Source of the DNA: an uncultured Desulfarculus sp.
GTDB taxonomy: Bacteria > Desulfobacterota > Desulfarculia > Desulfarculales > Desulfarculaceae
Assembly (NCBI GenBank): GCA_963665125.2
Contig: CAXXUK010000001.1
Location: forward strand, 32,001-96,000
Length of the DNA stretch: 64,000 nt
Reading direction: 5' to 3'
Part shown: piece by piece, positions 18,464 to 28,050 of the stretch
Layout: each line of letters starts with the position of its first letter
Position numbering within the stretch: the first letter of the stretch is position 1
Notes under the pieces: model-generated
Told to the model about the DNA's origin: nothing
The model's database searches: none
What the model saw: the letters and a program-made list of their open reading frames with translations, nothing else
Position numbers and translations under genes: made by a program

Positions 18464-20764
18464 TTGACTCTACCTGACCCGCCCATCGAGGCAAGCGTTC
18501 GCAGGGGCTCCAAGGCCAATGTGCCGCTCAAGGCCGGCATCATCGGCGGCGGCAAGGCCTGTGACGACCTGTTGACCATCCTGGCCGACGACCGTATGGG
18601 TGCTTTGAACCTCGAGATCCTGGGAGTTGCCGATCCCAACCCCGAAGCGCCGGGCATCCAACACGCCAATGACCTCGGCATATTCACCACCACCGATTTC
18701 ATGGACCTCTATGAACTGAACGGGCTCAACCTTATCATTGAGTTGACCGGCGTCCCCGCCGTGCGCGACAAAGTCGCCGCCACCAAACCGTCGGAAGTCA
18801 GCACCGTCGATTCCCTGGGCGCGCGGCTGCTTTGGGACATGTTTCAGTTGGAAAGCGAGAAGCTGGCCCTGGAGCGGGAAGCCGAGGAGGTGGTGCGCCG
18901 GGAGCGCGATTGGATCCAAAAAGTGTTGGATTCGCTGCCGGACCAGATCGCGGTGTTGGATGTTGACCGCAATATTGTCAGTGTAAACAAGACGTTCAGG
19001 GAGGTTTCGGGCCTTAAGGAAAACGAGGTCATCAATCGAAAATGCTATAAAACCAAGCCCTGTCCGGCCATGGAAGACCCCTCGGAAGATGGTGAATGCC
19101 CCTTTGCGGAGGTCATGAATACCGGCGAAGCCTGTTCAATGGTTTATTCGTATGAGGCCGACGATGGCGAGATGATCTATCAGGAAGTCAGCGCGGCGCC
19201 TGTATTTGATGCAAACGGCAAGATCATTCAGGTTATCGAGGGTGTCCGTGATGTGACCCGACGCATCCGTCTTGAACACGACCTCAGGGAAACAGAGCAG
19301 AGATTAAGCCAGTTTTTGGAGGCCGCCCAGGATATCGTCTGCATCAAGGACATGAAACAACGATATGTTTACGTCAACCCGGCCGCCAGCGAGTTGGGCA
19401 ACCTGTCGCCCGAGGACATGATCGGCAAGACCGACTATGACCTGTTCCCTTCCAAAGTGGCGGCGGCCATGGCCGAACACGACCAGAAGATCGTCAACAG
19501 CGGCACACCAATCGGCTTTTATGAAAAGATGAGCGTCCGGGGCGAGATCAGGCATTTCCAGACGGTGCGCTACCCTATTTATAATGATAACGGCACGATA
19601 GTCGCTCTTTCGGTCATGGCCCGGGATGTCACCGAGGAGCGGGCTCTTCAGGAACAGGTGCGGCGCAACAAGGAGTACATGGAAAACATCCTGCAAAACT
19701 CCTCGGACATGATCATCACCACGGACCTGGACGGACTCATCGTCACCTTCAGCCCTGCCGGCGAACGCATGCTTGGCTATTCGCCGGGCGAACTGGTGGG
19801 AAAAAGCATCGAGGAACTGTGGCGCGACCCCGAGGAGAGGCGTCTGCTCATGGATCAGGTCCAGGCCAAGGGCGCGGTGAACAACTTTAACGGGACTTTG
19901 ATGGCCAAAGACGGCAGGCCCGTGGAGATCAGCCTGTCTCTGGCCCAGTTGCGCGACAATTTCGGCAGACTTTTGGGCACCGTCGGCATCAGCAAGGACG
20001 TGACCGAGGAAAACCGCCTGCGGGCCCAACTTATCGAGGCCGAGCGCCTGGCGGCCATAGGCCAGACCGTGGCCGGGCTGGCCCATTGCATCAAAAATAT
20101 CCTCAACGGCCTCAAGGGCGGATCTTACCTGGTCAATACCGGTCTGCGCCGCGATGACAGCGAGTTGGTCAACGAGGGCTGGACCACCGTGCAGAAGTCC
20201 ATCACCCGCATCGGGAACCTAAGCCTGGACATGCTCAGTTACAGCCGGGAGCGCAGCCCGGAACTGCAAAACACCGACCCTGCGGACATGCTTGAAAATA
20301 CCGTGGATATGGTGATGAAGGCCGCTGAGCTGGAAGGCGTGCGGATTCAGATGGAGATCAATGCTCCAGACCAGGTGCGGATGGACCAGTTGGCCATGAG
20401 CCGGGCAATAATGAACCTGGTGGTCAATGCCGTGGACGCCTGCAAGGAAAAAGACTACGGTTCGGACGATTGGCCCCAGGTCACTGTCGCGGCATGGTTT
20501 GACGACGGCAATTTGGTGATAAAGGTGGCCGACAATGGAAGGGGAATGAGCCCGGACATGCAGGCCCACCTGTTCCAAAGATTTTTCAGTACAAAGGGCT
20601 CCCGGGGAACCGGCCTGGGACTGGCCGTGACCCATAAGATCATCAGCGAGCACGGCGGGACAATTGAGGCTTTCTCGGAGCCCGATAAGGGCTCCGAGTT
20701 CATCATTAAAATACCCATCAACGGAGTTGGGCGCAGCACCGGATGCCGCGCTGAAACCGCCTAG
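18464..20764 (+). CDS. Cytoplasmic sensor histidine kinase with a Rossmann-like N-terminus and three PAS domains
   Basis: GIIGGG N-terminus; PAS repeats; GLAHCIKN H-box; NAVDA, DNGRG, GTGLGL. Confidence 0.92.
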   Translation: MTLPDPPIEASVRRGSKANVPLKAGIIGGGKACDDLLTILADDRMGALNLEILGVADPNPEAPGIQHANDLGIFTTTDFMDLYELNGLNLIIELTGVPAVRDKVAATKPSEVSTVDSLGARLLWDMFQLESEKLALEREAEEVVRRERDWIQKVLDSLPDQIAVLDVDRNIVSVNKTFREVSGLKENEVINRKCYKTKPCPAMEDPSEDGECPFAEVMNTGEACSMVYSYEADDGEMIYQEVSAAPVFDANGKIIQVIEGVRDVTRRIRLEHDLRETEQRLSQFLEAAQDIVCIKDMKQRYVYVNPAASELGNLSPEDMIGKTDYDLFPSKVAAAMAEHDQKIVNSGTPIGFYEKMSVRGEIRHFQTVRYPIYNDNGTIVALSVMARDVTEERALQEQVRRNKEYMENILQNSSDMIITTDLDGLIVTFSPAGERMLGYSPGELVGKSIEELWRDPEERRLLMDQVQAKGAVNNFNGTLMAKDGRPVEISLSLAQLRDNFGRLLGTVGISKDVTEENRLRAQLIEAERLAAIGQTVAGLAHCIKNILNGLKGGSYLVNTGLRRDDSELVNEGWTTVQKSITRIGNLSLDMLSYSRERSPELQNTDPADMLENTVDMVMKAAELEGVRIQMEINAPDQVRMDQLAMSRAIMNLVVNAVDACKEKDYGSDDWPQVTVAAWFDDGNLVIKVADNGRGMSPDMQAHLFQRFFSTKGSRGTGLGLAVTHKIISEHGGTIEAFSEPDKGSEFIIKIPINGVGRSTGCRAETA

Positions 20765-21045
20765 GCCTCCAACCGCTCCACTTCATAGCAATACTGGCTG
20801 TCGGCCCTTTGGATAACCAGCCTGGCTCCGCCTATGCGCTGGGCCACCCAAATCACGAACAGCTTGCCCCAGGGGTCACGGGCCAGGGCCCATTGGTCTA
20901 TCGAGTCCCTGATGGTGCGCCCGTTGACTTCGGCCCTGAAGATAAGGTTGCCGCTGACCCAGCGTGAGCCGGCTTCAACCCCGTGGCCGTTCATGTTTAC
21001 GCACTCTTCCACTTCCACCATGGACACGGGATAAGCTATTGACAT
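20761..21045 (-). CDS. Hypothetical protein
   Basis: 94-codon ORF converging on the kinase; no motif recognised. Confidence 0.45.
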   Translation of the reverse strand: MSIAYPVSMVEVEECVNMNGHGVEAGSRWVSGNLIFRAEVNGRTIRDSIDQWALARDPWGKLFVIWVAQRIGGARLVIQRADSQYCYEVERLEA

Positions 21046-21052
21046 GCGCCGA

Positions 21053-21370
21053 TCACCGGCTGTAATGGGCGGCACAGTCAGCCAAGGCAGCCATTAGCAG
21101 GTTAATCAGAGCCCATTCCCGGCGGTCCTTGGCCGGTGGCTCTACATCGTCGTCAACGGCTTTGCTGCACAGTCGCTCGGCCTGTTTGGCTCGCTGGGCC
21201 GAGGCCGATGGCAGTTCATTGGTGAGCTTGCGAAGCATCAGCATACAGGCGGCAAAATCATTGCTGCCTTTGCCAAAGTTGCTGGGATCGTGGAAGAATT
21301 CATCCAGGGATCCATCCGAATCGACCTTCTTGAAAAGCAGGGCAAAGTCTTCAGCGAGGCTCTTTTCCAC
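21053..21370 (-). CDS. Hypothetical protein; start uncertain
   Basis: Helical ORF filling the intergenic space. Confidence 0.45.
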   Translation of the reverse strand: MEKSLAEDFALLFKKVDSDGSLDEFFHDPSNFGKGSNDFAACMLMLRKLTNELPSASAQRAKQAERLCSKAVDDDVEPPAKDRREWALINLLMAALADCAAHYSR

Positions 21371-21570
21371 GGGCACCCCCTTGGTGTTTAATTTTCGTTC
21401 GCCTAATAAAATGGTTAGCACACCAGCAGCCACCGCGTCAACGGCTGGTGAATGGACCATCAATACTTGCAACAAACCTGCCCCAAGGGCTACACTGGGA
21501 ACAGAAACAGGCCGGAACTCCAGTGAGGCCGGACCGTCTACCCAAGATATGCTTCAGGAGTAGGGTGGCA

Positions 21571-22011
21571 ATGACCAATACCAGAGTGCTCATAGTCGAC
21601 GACGAACCGGAGAATGTCCGCTACCTCCAGACGATCCTCGAGGAAAATGGTTTTACCGACATCCATTCGGCAGGTGATGGTGAAGAGGGCCTGAAAAAGG
21701 CCAAACAATTGATGCCTGGTCTTATTATTCTGGATGTCCGCATGCCCAAAAAGACGGGTATCGTAGTGTTTAATGAACTGAAAAGTGTTTGGAAATACAA
21801 AAATATCCCCATAATCATCCTCACCGGAGAGGGCGAGTTCCTCAAGCAGTTGACCTCACTGCGCGGCTACCACGAGGACTCCGGCATGGAAAACCAGAAG
21901 CCCACCGAGGAGGTGCTGGGGCAATTCATTGGGCAGCGCCCCGAGGCTTTTTTGGAAAAGCCCATTGAGCCTGATTTGTTGATGAGCACCATCGGCACCG
22001 TATTGGGCTGA
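21571..22011 (+). CDS. Single-domain response regulator
   Basis: VLIVDDE, ILDVRMP, FLEKP; insertion before the final strand. Confidence 0.9.
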   Translation: MTNTRVLIVDDEPENVRYLQTILEENGFTDIHSAGDGEEGLKKAKQLMPGLIILDVRMPKKTGIVVFNELKSVWKYKNIPIIILTGEGEFLKQLTSLRGYHEDSGMENQKPTEEVLGQFIGQRPEAFLEKPIEPDLLMSTIGTVLG

Positions 22012-22047
22012 TTGATATTCCAAATTTCAATGATGTAAGGCATCATT

Positions 22048-22086
22048 AATATTAGCCTCCCGTGCATAACGGGAGGCTAATTATTG
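22048..22086. terminator. Stem-loop, probable terminator
   Basis: ATTAGCCTCCCGT-GCATA-ACGGGAGGCTAAT. Confidence 0.6.
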
Positions 22087-22127
22087 TTTTGCCGATTGAA
22101 AATCATAAAAGATAACAGGAGCTTTTA

Positions 22128-22451
22128 ATGAATGCGCAGCAAGGCAGGCCCAACGGCGGCGGTGACGCGCAGATCAAGGTGAGTTTTTTTCCGGCATGGT
22201 GCAAGGGATGCGGCAACTGCGTGGCCTTTTGCCCCAGGGGAGCCTTGGCCATGGATCAGTGGGGCCACCCGCATCTGGCCAAGCCCGAACGTTGCACCCG
22301 TTGCGGCCTTTGCGAAATGCTTTGCCCCGATTTCGCCATCAGCGTCAGCGATACCACGGCCCAGACCGTGTGCGAGCCCGAACGCGGCATGGCCGCCCGG
22401 CCCGTCAACCAAAGCCCCGAGCGCCTGGCGCCGGTGGATCGGGAGGGCTAG
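22128..22451 (+). CDS. korD: 2-oxoacid:ferredoxin oxidoreductase delta (ferredoxin) subunit
   Basis: CKGCGNCVAFCP and CTRCGLCEMLCPDFAI. Confidence 0.88.
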   Translation: MNAQQGRPNGGGDAQIKVSFFPAWCKGCGNCVAFCPRGALAMDQWGHPHLAKPERCTRCGLCEMLCPDFAISVSDTTAQTVCEPERGMAARPVNQSPERLAPVDREG

Positions 22452-22454
22452 CCC

Positions 22455-23591
22455 ATGGCTGCTAAAAAGGCGATGCTGCTGCAAGGCAACGAGGCCGTGG
22501 CCAGGGGCGCCCTGGCCGCCGGTTGCAACTTTTTCGCGGGCTATCCCATCACCCCGGCCAGCGAGATCACCGAAATCATGAGCCGGGAACTACCGGCCAG
22601 GGGCCATTCGTTCATTCAGATGGAGGACGAGATAGCCTCCATGGGCGCCTGCATCGGCGCGGCCTTGGCCGGCGGCAAGTCAATGACCGCCACCAGCGGA
22701 CCGGGCTTTTCGCTGATGCAGGAAAACCTGGGCTGGGCCGTGATAACCGAAACGCCCATGGTGCTGGTCAACGTTATGCGGGCCGGGCCCTCTACAGGCC
22801 TGCCCACCAACCCGGCCCAGGGCGATCTGCAACAGGCCCGTTGGGGCACCCACGGCGATCACCCGGCCATCGTGCTTTGTCCGTCCAGCGTGGCCGAATG
22901 CTTCAGTCTCACCGTGACGGCCTTCAACCTGTCCGAACGGTTCCGCACGCCGGTGATTCTGTTGGCCGACGAGGTGGTGGCCCACATGCGCGAAAAGGTC
23001 GTATTGCCCGCCGAGCAGGAACTGGAGATAATCGAGCGCCGCAAGCCGTCCATGCCGCCGGATTGGTACACGCCGTACAAGACCGACGGCAGCCTGATTC
23101 CCCGCCTGGCCGACCTGGGCGACGGCTACCGCTATCACGTCACAGGTCTGGTGCATGACGAGCGTGGGTTCCCCACCCGCCGGGCCGACGAGGTGGGGCC
23201 GTTCTATAACCGGCTTTTCAACAAAATCAGCCGCCATTTCAGGGACCTGGAAATGACCAGGCGCATCGAGGTCGATGACGCCGAAGTGGTGATCATCGCC
23301 TATGGCTGCACGGCCCGGGCCGCCCAGGCGGCGGTTCGCATGGGCCGGGAAAGCGGCCTCAAAGTCGGCCTGTTGCAACTGACCAGCGTGTGGCCCTTCC
23401 CCCGCCGGGCCGTGGAGGATGTCCTCGACAGCGCCAGGGCCGTGTTGGTGCCCGAACTGAACATGGGCCAGCTCAGCCGTGAGGTCAAACGCGTAAGCCG
23501 CGGCCAGGTCCAGGTGCAGCGCCACAGCCGCATGGACGGCATGGTGATAACGCCCGAGGAACTGCTGATCAAAGTAAGGGAGTTGGCCTGA
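22455..23591 (+). CDS. korA: 2-oxoacid:ferredoxin oxidoreductase alpha subunit
   Basis: AGYPITP, QMEDE, TSGPG, RAGPSTGLPT. Confidence 0.93.
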   Translation: MAAKKAMLLQGNEAVARGALAAGCNFFAGYPITPASEITEIMSRELPARGHSFIQMEDEIASMGACIGAALAGGKSMTATSGPGFSLMQENLGWAVITETPMVLVNVMRAGPSTGLPTNPAQGDLQQARWGTHGDHPAIVLCPSSVAECFSLTVTAFNLSERFRTPVILLADEVVAHMREKVVLPAEQELEIIERRKPSMPPDWYTPYKTDGSLIPRLADLGDGYRYHVTGLVHDERGFPTRRADEVGPFYNRLFNKISRHFRDLEMTRRIEVDDAEVVIIAYGCTARAAQAAVRMGRESGLKVGLLQLTSVWPFPRRAVEDVLDSARAVLVPELNMGQLSREVKRVSRGQVQVQRHSRMDGMVITPEELLIKVRELA

Positions 23592-24436
23592 TGCCTCCTG
23601 TACACCGCAGCGTGGTCTACGATTGGCTGCGCCATGACAAGAGATTTCCCCATGTCTGGTGTCCGGGCTGCGGCCTGGGCATCCTGCTGGGTTCGCTGGT
23701 GCGGACCATGGCCACCATGGGCCTGGATAAAAACGACGTGGTGCTGGTCGCGGGCATCGGCTGCTCGGGCCGGTTGCCGGTCTACGTGGATGTGGGCAGC
23801 GTGCACACCACCCACGGCCGAGCCCTTACCTTTGCCACGGGAATCAAGCTGTCCAAGCCGGAACTGAAGGTCATCACCGTGATGGGCGACGGCGACGCCA
23901 CGGCCATCGGCGGCAATCACCTGATCCACGCCGCCCGGCGCAACCTGGACATCACGGCCATCATCGTCAACAACCAGAACTACGGCATGACCGGCGGGCA
24001 ATACAGCCCCACCACGCCCCAGGGCGCAAGGGCCACCACGGCCCCCTTTGGCCATATCGAACCGGCCTTTGACATCAGCGCCCTGACGGTCACGGCCGGG
24101 GCCAGTTTCGTGGCCCGGTCCACGGTCTATCACGTGACCCAATTGGACGACATGCTGACCAGGGCCATTGATCATCCGGGCTTCGGCGTGGTGGAGGTGC
24201 TGAGCCCCTGTCATACCAATTTCGGCCGCCAGAACAAGCTGGGCTCCCAGATCGACATGATGAAACAATACAAGAAACAGGCCGTGCGCATGGAGCGTTG
24301 GCAAAAGATGACCCCGGAGCAGAGACAGGACCATTACCCCATAGGCGTGCTCACCGAGCGCCGGGAGCCGACCTATATCGAAAAGTACGAGATGTTGCGC
24401 CAAAAGGCCATGGGCCTGGCCGGGGAGGAAGGCTGA
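23591..24436 (+). CDS. korB: 2-oxoacid:ferredoxin oxidoreductase beta subunit
   Basis: WCPGCG, GIGCS, GDGD...NN, YGMTGGQ. Confidence 0.93.
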   Translation: MPPVHRSVVYDWLRHDKRFPHVWCPGCGLGILLGSLVRTMATMGLDKNDVVLVAGIGCSGRLPVYVDVGSVHTTHGRALTFATGIKLSKPELKVITVMGDGDATAIGGNHLIHAARRNLDITAIIVNNQNYGMTGGQYSPTTPQGARATTAPFGHIEPAFDISALTVTAGASFVARSTVYHVTQLDDMLTRAIDHPGFGVVEVLSPCHTNFGRQNKLGSQIDMMKQYKKQAVRMERWQKMTPEQRQDHYPIGVLTERREPTYIEKYEMLRQKAMGLAGEEG

Positions 24437-25041
24437 TGCCCAAGGCAGCACCGCTTTCCGCGCCGCGTGTTGAGGTACGCCTGGCCGGTTCCGGCGGCCA
24501 GGGCTTGATCCTGGCCGGCCTGGTCTTGGCCGAGGCCGCCGGCCTATACGACGGCCGGGAGGTTTCCATGGCCCAGTCCTACGGCCCCGAGGCCAGAGGC
24601 GGGGCCTCCAAGGCCGAGGTCATCATCAGCGACAAGATTATCGATTTTCCCCAGTGCACCAGGGTGGACCTGCTTTTGGCCCTGACCCAGGAGGCGGCCG
24701 ACGCCTATTGCTGGGACCTGCGGCCCGGCGCCTGGGTCTTGGTGGACTCCGACCTGGTGACCCACCCGCCCACCAGCCTGGCCATGGGCCTGCCGTTCAC
24801 GGCCGTGGCCAAGGAAAAGCTGAAGAAGGTGATGGTGGCCAACGTGGTGGCCCTGGGGGCCATCGGCGAGATCGGCGGTTTCGTAACCCGCCGGGCCCTG
24901 GAGCGGGCCCTGTTGGCCAGGGTGCCCAAAGGCACCGAGGAACTGAACAAAAAGGCCCTGAGCGAGGGCGCGCGCCTGGCCAAGAAATGGCTGGCCGACC
25001 GCAAGGATGACGGCGGAGACCCCAGGCTGGAAGACATATAA
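24436..25041 (+). CDS. korC: 2-oxoacid:ferredoxin oxidoreductase gamma subunit
   Basis: AGSGGQG, SYGPEARGG. Confidence 0.92.
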   Translation: MPKAAPLSAPRVEVRLAGSGGQGLILAGLVLAEAAGLYDGREVSMAQSYGPEARGGASKAEVIISDKIIDFPQCTRVDLLLALTQEAADAYCWDLRPGAWVLVDSDLVTHPPTSLAMGLPFTAVAKEKLKKVMVANVVALGAIGEIGGFVTRRALERALLARVPKGTEELNKKALSEGARLAKKWLADRKDDGGDPRLEDI

Positions 25042-25078
25042 CCGGTCTGCCTGGTAGCTGCGCCGGGCGCCGGAGGGC

Positions 25079-25107
25079 TTGCTATCCCGCTGCCAGCGAT
25101 TTATCCT
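25079..25107 (+). promoter_or_regulatory. Sigma70-like promoter of ncRNA candidate 1
   Basis: TTGCTA-N17-TATCCT; the seventh base after the -10 box is the first base of the RNA stem. Confidence 0.6.
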
Positions 25108-25113
25108 GGTGTT

Positions 25114-25197
25114 GTCAACCGGAGACGCCAGGGAATCAGCTTGTGGCGAGATCTGAGGGTCAAACAATGCGGGGATTGGCTGTCCCGCCCGGTTGAC
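25114..25197 (+). ncRNA. Unidentified structured RNA, copy 1
   Basis: Closing stem GTCAACCGG/CCGGTTGAC, inner CGCCA/TGGCG, GGGA-CAGC/GCTG-TCCC pseudoknot, T-tract; homologous to 28956-29057. Confidence 0.7.
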
Positions 25198-25291
25198 GTT
25201 TTTCTTATTGCATCCGCAGTTGCCCGTCTAGACATCCAAAAAGAAGCGGCCGGGGTTCGCGCCCGGCCGCCGTGCTTCAAACCCGCCGATA

Positions 25292-25753
25292 CTATTGCTT
25301 GTTGACCACCAGGCGTCCCGAATCCAGCAGGGTGTCGGTGTAGCCGCCCTTGACCTGGGTGGTGGAGATGGTGCCCAGGAACTGGGTGCTGTCGCCGCTG
25401 TCCCAGACAATGGCGAACGATATCTCGCCGGGGGCGTTGCCGTAGGAGGCGATGCCCGCCACCGCGCCTCTGGTGAAGCCCTGCTTGTTGGTGATGGTGG
25501 CCACGCCGATGAAGTCGCCCACCTCGTTTTGTTGCAGGGTCAGGGTGATTTCGCCGCTACCCATGCCCAGGATGCTGGTCCAGGTGCCGCTCCATGTCCC
25601 GGCCACGATGCCGTCATAGTTGTATTGGGTTGTCGGCGTGGGGATGGGCAGATCGCCCGAACCGCTGCCGCCGCCGCTAGAGCCGCAGGCAGCGCCGAAC
25701 AAGGCCATGACGACGACGCACAACAGTATTTTCAGCTTGGCTTGGCTGGGCAT
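25292..25753 (-). CDS. Lipoprotein, beta-rich, paralog 1
   Basis: Signal peptide with GAAC lipobox; Gly/Ser linker; AGTWSGTW. Confidence 0.82.
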   Translation of the reverse strand: MPSQAKLKILLCVVVMALFGAACGSSGGGSGSGDLPIPTPTTQYNYDGIVAGTWSGTWTSILGMGSGEITLTLQQNEVGDFIGVATITNKQGFTRGAVAGIASYGNAPGEISFAIVWDSGDSTQFLGTISTTQVKGGYTDTLLDSGRLVVNKQ

Positions 25754-26032
25754 GGGGCTCCTCCCGAATCCGGATGATGACTTTTTTCGGCTTTGGGGGG
25801 CAGGGCCATGCCGATGTTAAAGCTTATTGCGTAAGATTGTTACGTCATACCATACGGAAACGGGCAAATACGAGTCAAGCCCATTAAAACGGACCAGGAG
25901 GATAAACCGTGATTGCGGCGTTATTTTTCCTTGATCAGGTTGAAATACGCCTTTTGTATTGTTGATGCGTAAAGGGCCAAGACGGTGGTCTGTTGCCTCT
26001 GTCGCTTGTTCTGGCCCCAAGCGGTGACGGGG

Positions 26033-26497
26033 CTACTTTTTTTTGTCGATACCATAACTGCCGGTATCGAACGATGAGCCAAAGTGCTCGATATCACCTG
26101 TTGAATAATACTTGGCCGCCTGCTCGTGGATGTCGCCGTCAAGGATGCTCTGGCCGAAGCCGCCGCTCCATTTGATGGTAATGCTGATGTGGGGCAGGGG
26201 GGTGGTTATATCCTGCCAACTGGCGGTGAGCGTGCCGGTGCGGGTCTTGGTTCCATCGACCAGGGTGGCCGTGCCGGTGAATTGCTGGTTCCCCTTGCTG
26301 ACCAGGGTGATGGTCAGGTCCTTTTTGGCGCTGCCCGAGGGAACCTGCCAGTAGCCGGTCCAGGTCCCGGCGTAGGGGTCTGAGGCGTTAATATCGGCGC
26401 TGCCGGAATCGCCGCTGCCGCCGCCGCTGTGGCAGCCCGCCGCGATCAGGACCGCCAGGGACACGATGATGATTTTGAGCTTTACGGAAAAAGCCAT
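26033..26497 (-). CDS. Lipoprotein, beta-rich, paralog 2
   Basis: IAAGC lipobox; CHSGGGSG; DPYAGTWTGYW. Confidence 0.85.
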   Translation of the reverse strand: MAFSVKLKIIIVSLAVLIAAGCHSGGGSGDSGSADINASDPYAGTWTGYWQVPSGSAKKDLTITLVSKGNQQFTGTATLVDGTKTRTGTLTASWQDITTPLPHISITIKWSGGFGQSILDGDIHEQAAKYYSTGDIEHFGSSFDTGSYGIDKKK

Positions 26498-26509
26498 GGT
26501 AGTTCTCCG

Positions 26510-26977
26510 CTAATCGTTTTTGCTGATGCTGAACGTGCCCGTGTAGAGGTTGGGCCCCACGAAATGATCCACGCTGCCGCTGATAATGGTTTTTGCCGCG
26601 CCCTGGGTGACGTCTCCCTCCAGCACGGTTTCCTCATAGGCGCCTTCCCATTTGATGGTAAAGCTCATGACCGGTTTGACTACGTTGGTGAAAATTGCGG
26701 TGACGGGGCCGTGTTGGGTCTTGCCGTCTTTGACGGTGGTGGCGGTGCCGGAGTATTGATTGTGGCCCAGGCTGATCAATTTGATTTCCAGGCTCATTTC
26801 GGCATTGCCGGTGGAATAATCCCAATGACCGATCCACGTCCCGGCGTAAGGGTCGGCTGCGTCCACGGCCGAGGCATCTTGGGGCGAACCGCTGCCGCCG
26901 CCGCTGTGGCAGGCCCCGCAGAGGACGAGGCAAATAACCAGGGCAGCGATTTTCAGCAGGGGCTTGCGATGGGTCAT
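26510..26977 (-). CDS. Lipoprotein, beta-rich, paralog 3
   Basis: LCGAC lipobox; CHSGGGSG; DPYAGTWIGHW. Confidence 0.85.
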   Translation of the reverse strand: MTHRKPLLKIAALVICLVLCGACHSGGGSGSPQDASAVDAADPYAGTWIGHWDYSTGNAEMSLEIKLISLGHNQYSGTATTVKDGKTQHGPVTAIFTNVVKPVMSFTIKWEGAYEETVLEGDVTQGAAKTIISGSVDHFVGPNLYTGTFSISKND

Positions 26978-27261
26978 GATTGTGACTCTTTCGAACTGGA
27001 GGCGGTTCAGGCGCCCGTATTGAACGGTTTCGGCTTTGTTAGCTGCGTCAACATTTGGAAAAAATATCCTGAAACGGGCCAAGACGCAATACAATACGGC
27101 TTGCATCGCCCTGGGTGGGTCCGCCTTTTTTTCAGGCCCGGGGCGGCGGCTGGTCGTGAATAAGTAATTGACCATTGGCCGGGGCGCTGGTAAGAGTTTT
27201 CCTTCACAAGCTTGTACGATCCACTCACCGGCCTTGGCCGGATTAATCCGAGGACGTCCCC

Positions 27262-28050
27262 ATGACCGAAGAGATCAAAAACCAGCTAACGCTGGACGAC
27301 GAGTATACTTTCGCTTGTCACAAGGGCCTGGACTGCTACACCTCGTGCTGCCGCGACGTTACGATCATGCTCACGCCCAACGATGTGCTGCGCCTGCGCA
27401 AGGCCCTGGGCATGACTTCGCCCGAGTTTTTGGAAAAATACACCCAGATAGTTCAGGTGCCGGGCAAGGTCGTGCCCCTGGTGCAATTCCGCATGAACGA
27501 TGAAGACAACAAGAAGTGCTTCTTCGTGCGCCCTCACGGCTGCGCGGTGTATGAGCACCGTCCCTGGGCCTGCCGCATGTTCCCCCTTGATGAATATTCC
27601 AAGGGCGGTTTCCAGATCGTCACCAATCCCCAGCGCTGCCACGGCTTGGCCAAGGGCGACAAGTGGAAGGTCCGGGACTGGCTGATGGACCAGGGCGCCA
27701 CCCAGTCCAAGGAAATGGACGGCGGTTACGAGTCGCTGGTTTCGCACCACTTCATGAAAGAGGCCGCGGGCATCCAGAACCCCAAGGTTCAGCAGATGAT
27801 CGTCATGGCCATCTACGACCTGGACCGTTTCCGGGAGTTTGTCTTCAGCAGCTCGTTCCTGGAACGTTTCGACCTGGATCAGGACACCATCGACGCTTGC
27901 AAGCTCGACGACGTGGCTTTGTTGGACCTGGGCTATGCCTGGATACGCTTCGGCCTGCTGGGCCAAAAGTCGCTGAAGCTCAAATCCGACGTGGCCGAGA
28001 AATTCGGCCTGGACAAGGAACAGCCCGCGGCTGAAGAGGCTGGCGAGTAA
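27262..28050 (+). CDS. YkgJ-family cysteine cluster protein
   Basis: FAC...C...CC, LTPND, CFF...C.VY..RP.ACR.FPL. Confidence 0.9.
   Translation: MTEEIKNQLTLDDEYTFACHKGLDCYTSCCRDVTIMLTPNDVLRLRKALGMTSPEFLEKYTQIVQVPGKVVPLVQFRMNDEDNKKCFFVRPHGCAVYEHRPWACRMFPLDEYSKGGFQIVTNPQRCHGLAKGDKWKVRDWLMDQGATQSKEMDGGYESLVSHHFMKEAAGIQNPKVQQMIVMAIYDLDRFREFVFSSSFLERFDLDQDTIDACKLDDVALLDLGYAWIRFGLLGQKSLKLKSDVAEKFGLDKEQPAAEEAGE

Noticed and set aside
25114..25197. Cobalamin riboswitch identity for the repeated RNA motif (AGGGAA ... GCTGTCCCGC)
   Set aside because: No GGTG..AATCC hairpin, no ACTGT, no B12 box, and no same-strand gene downstream of copy 1.
27070..27085. Sigma54 promoter for the lipoprotein genes (TGGCCCG on the minus strand)
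   Set aside because: The -12 position reads GA rather than GC; a sigma70 layout fits better.
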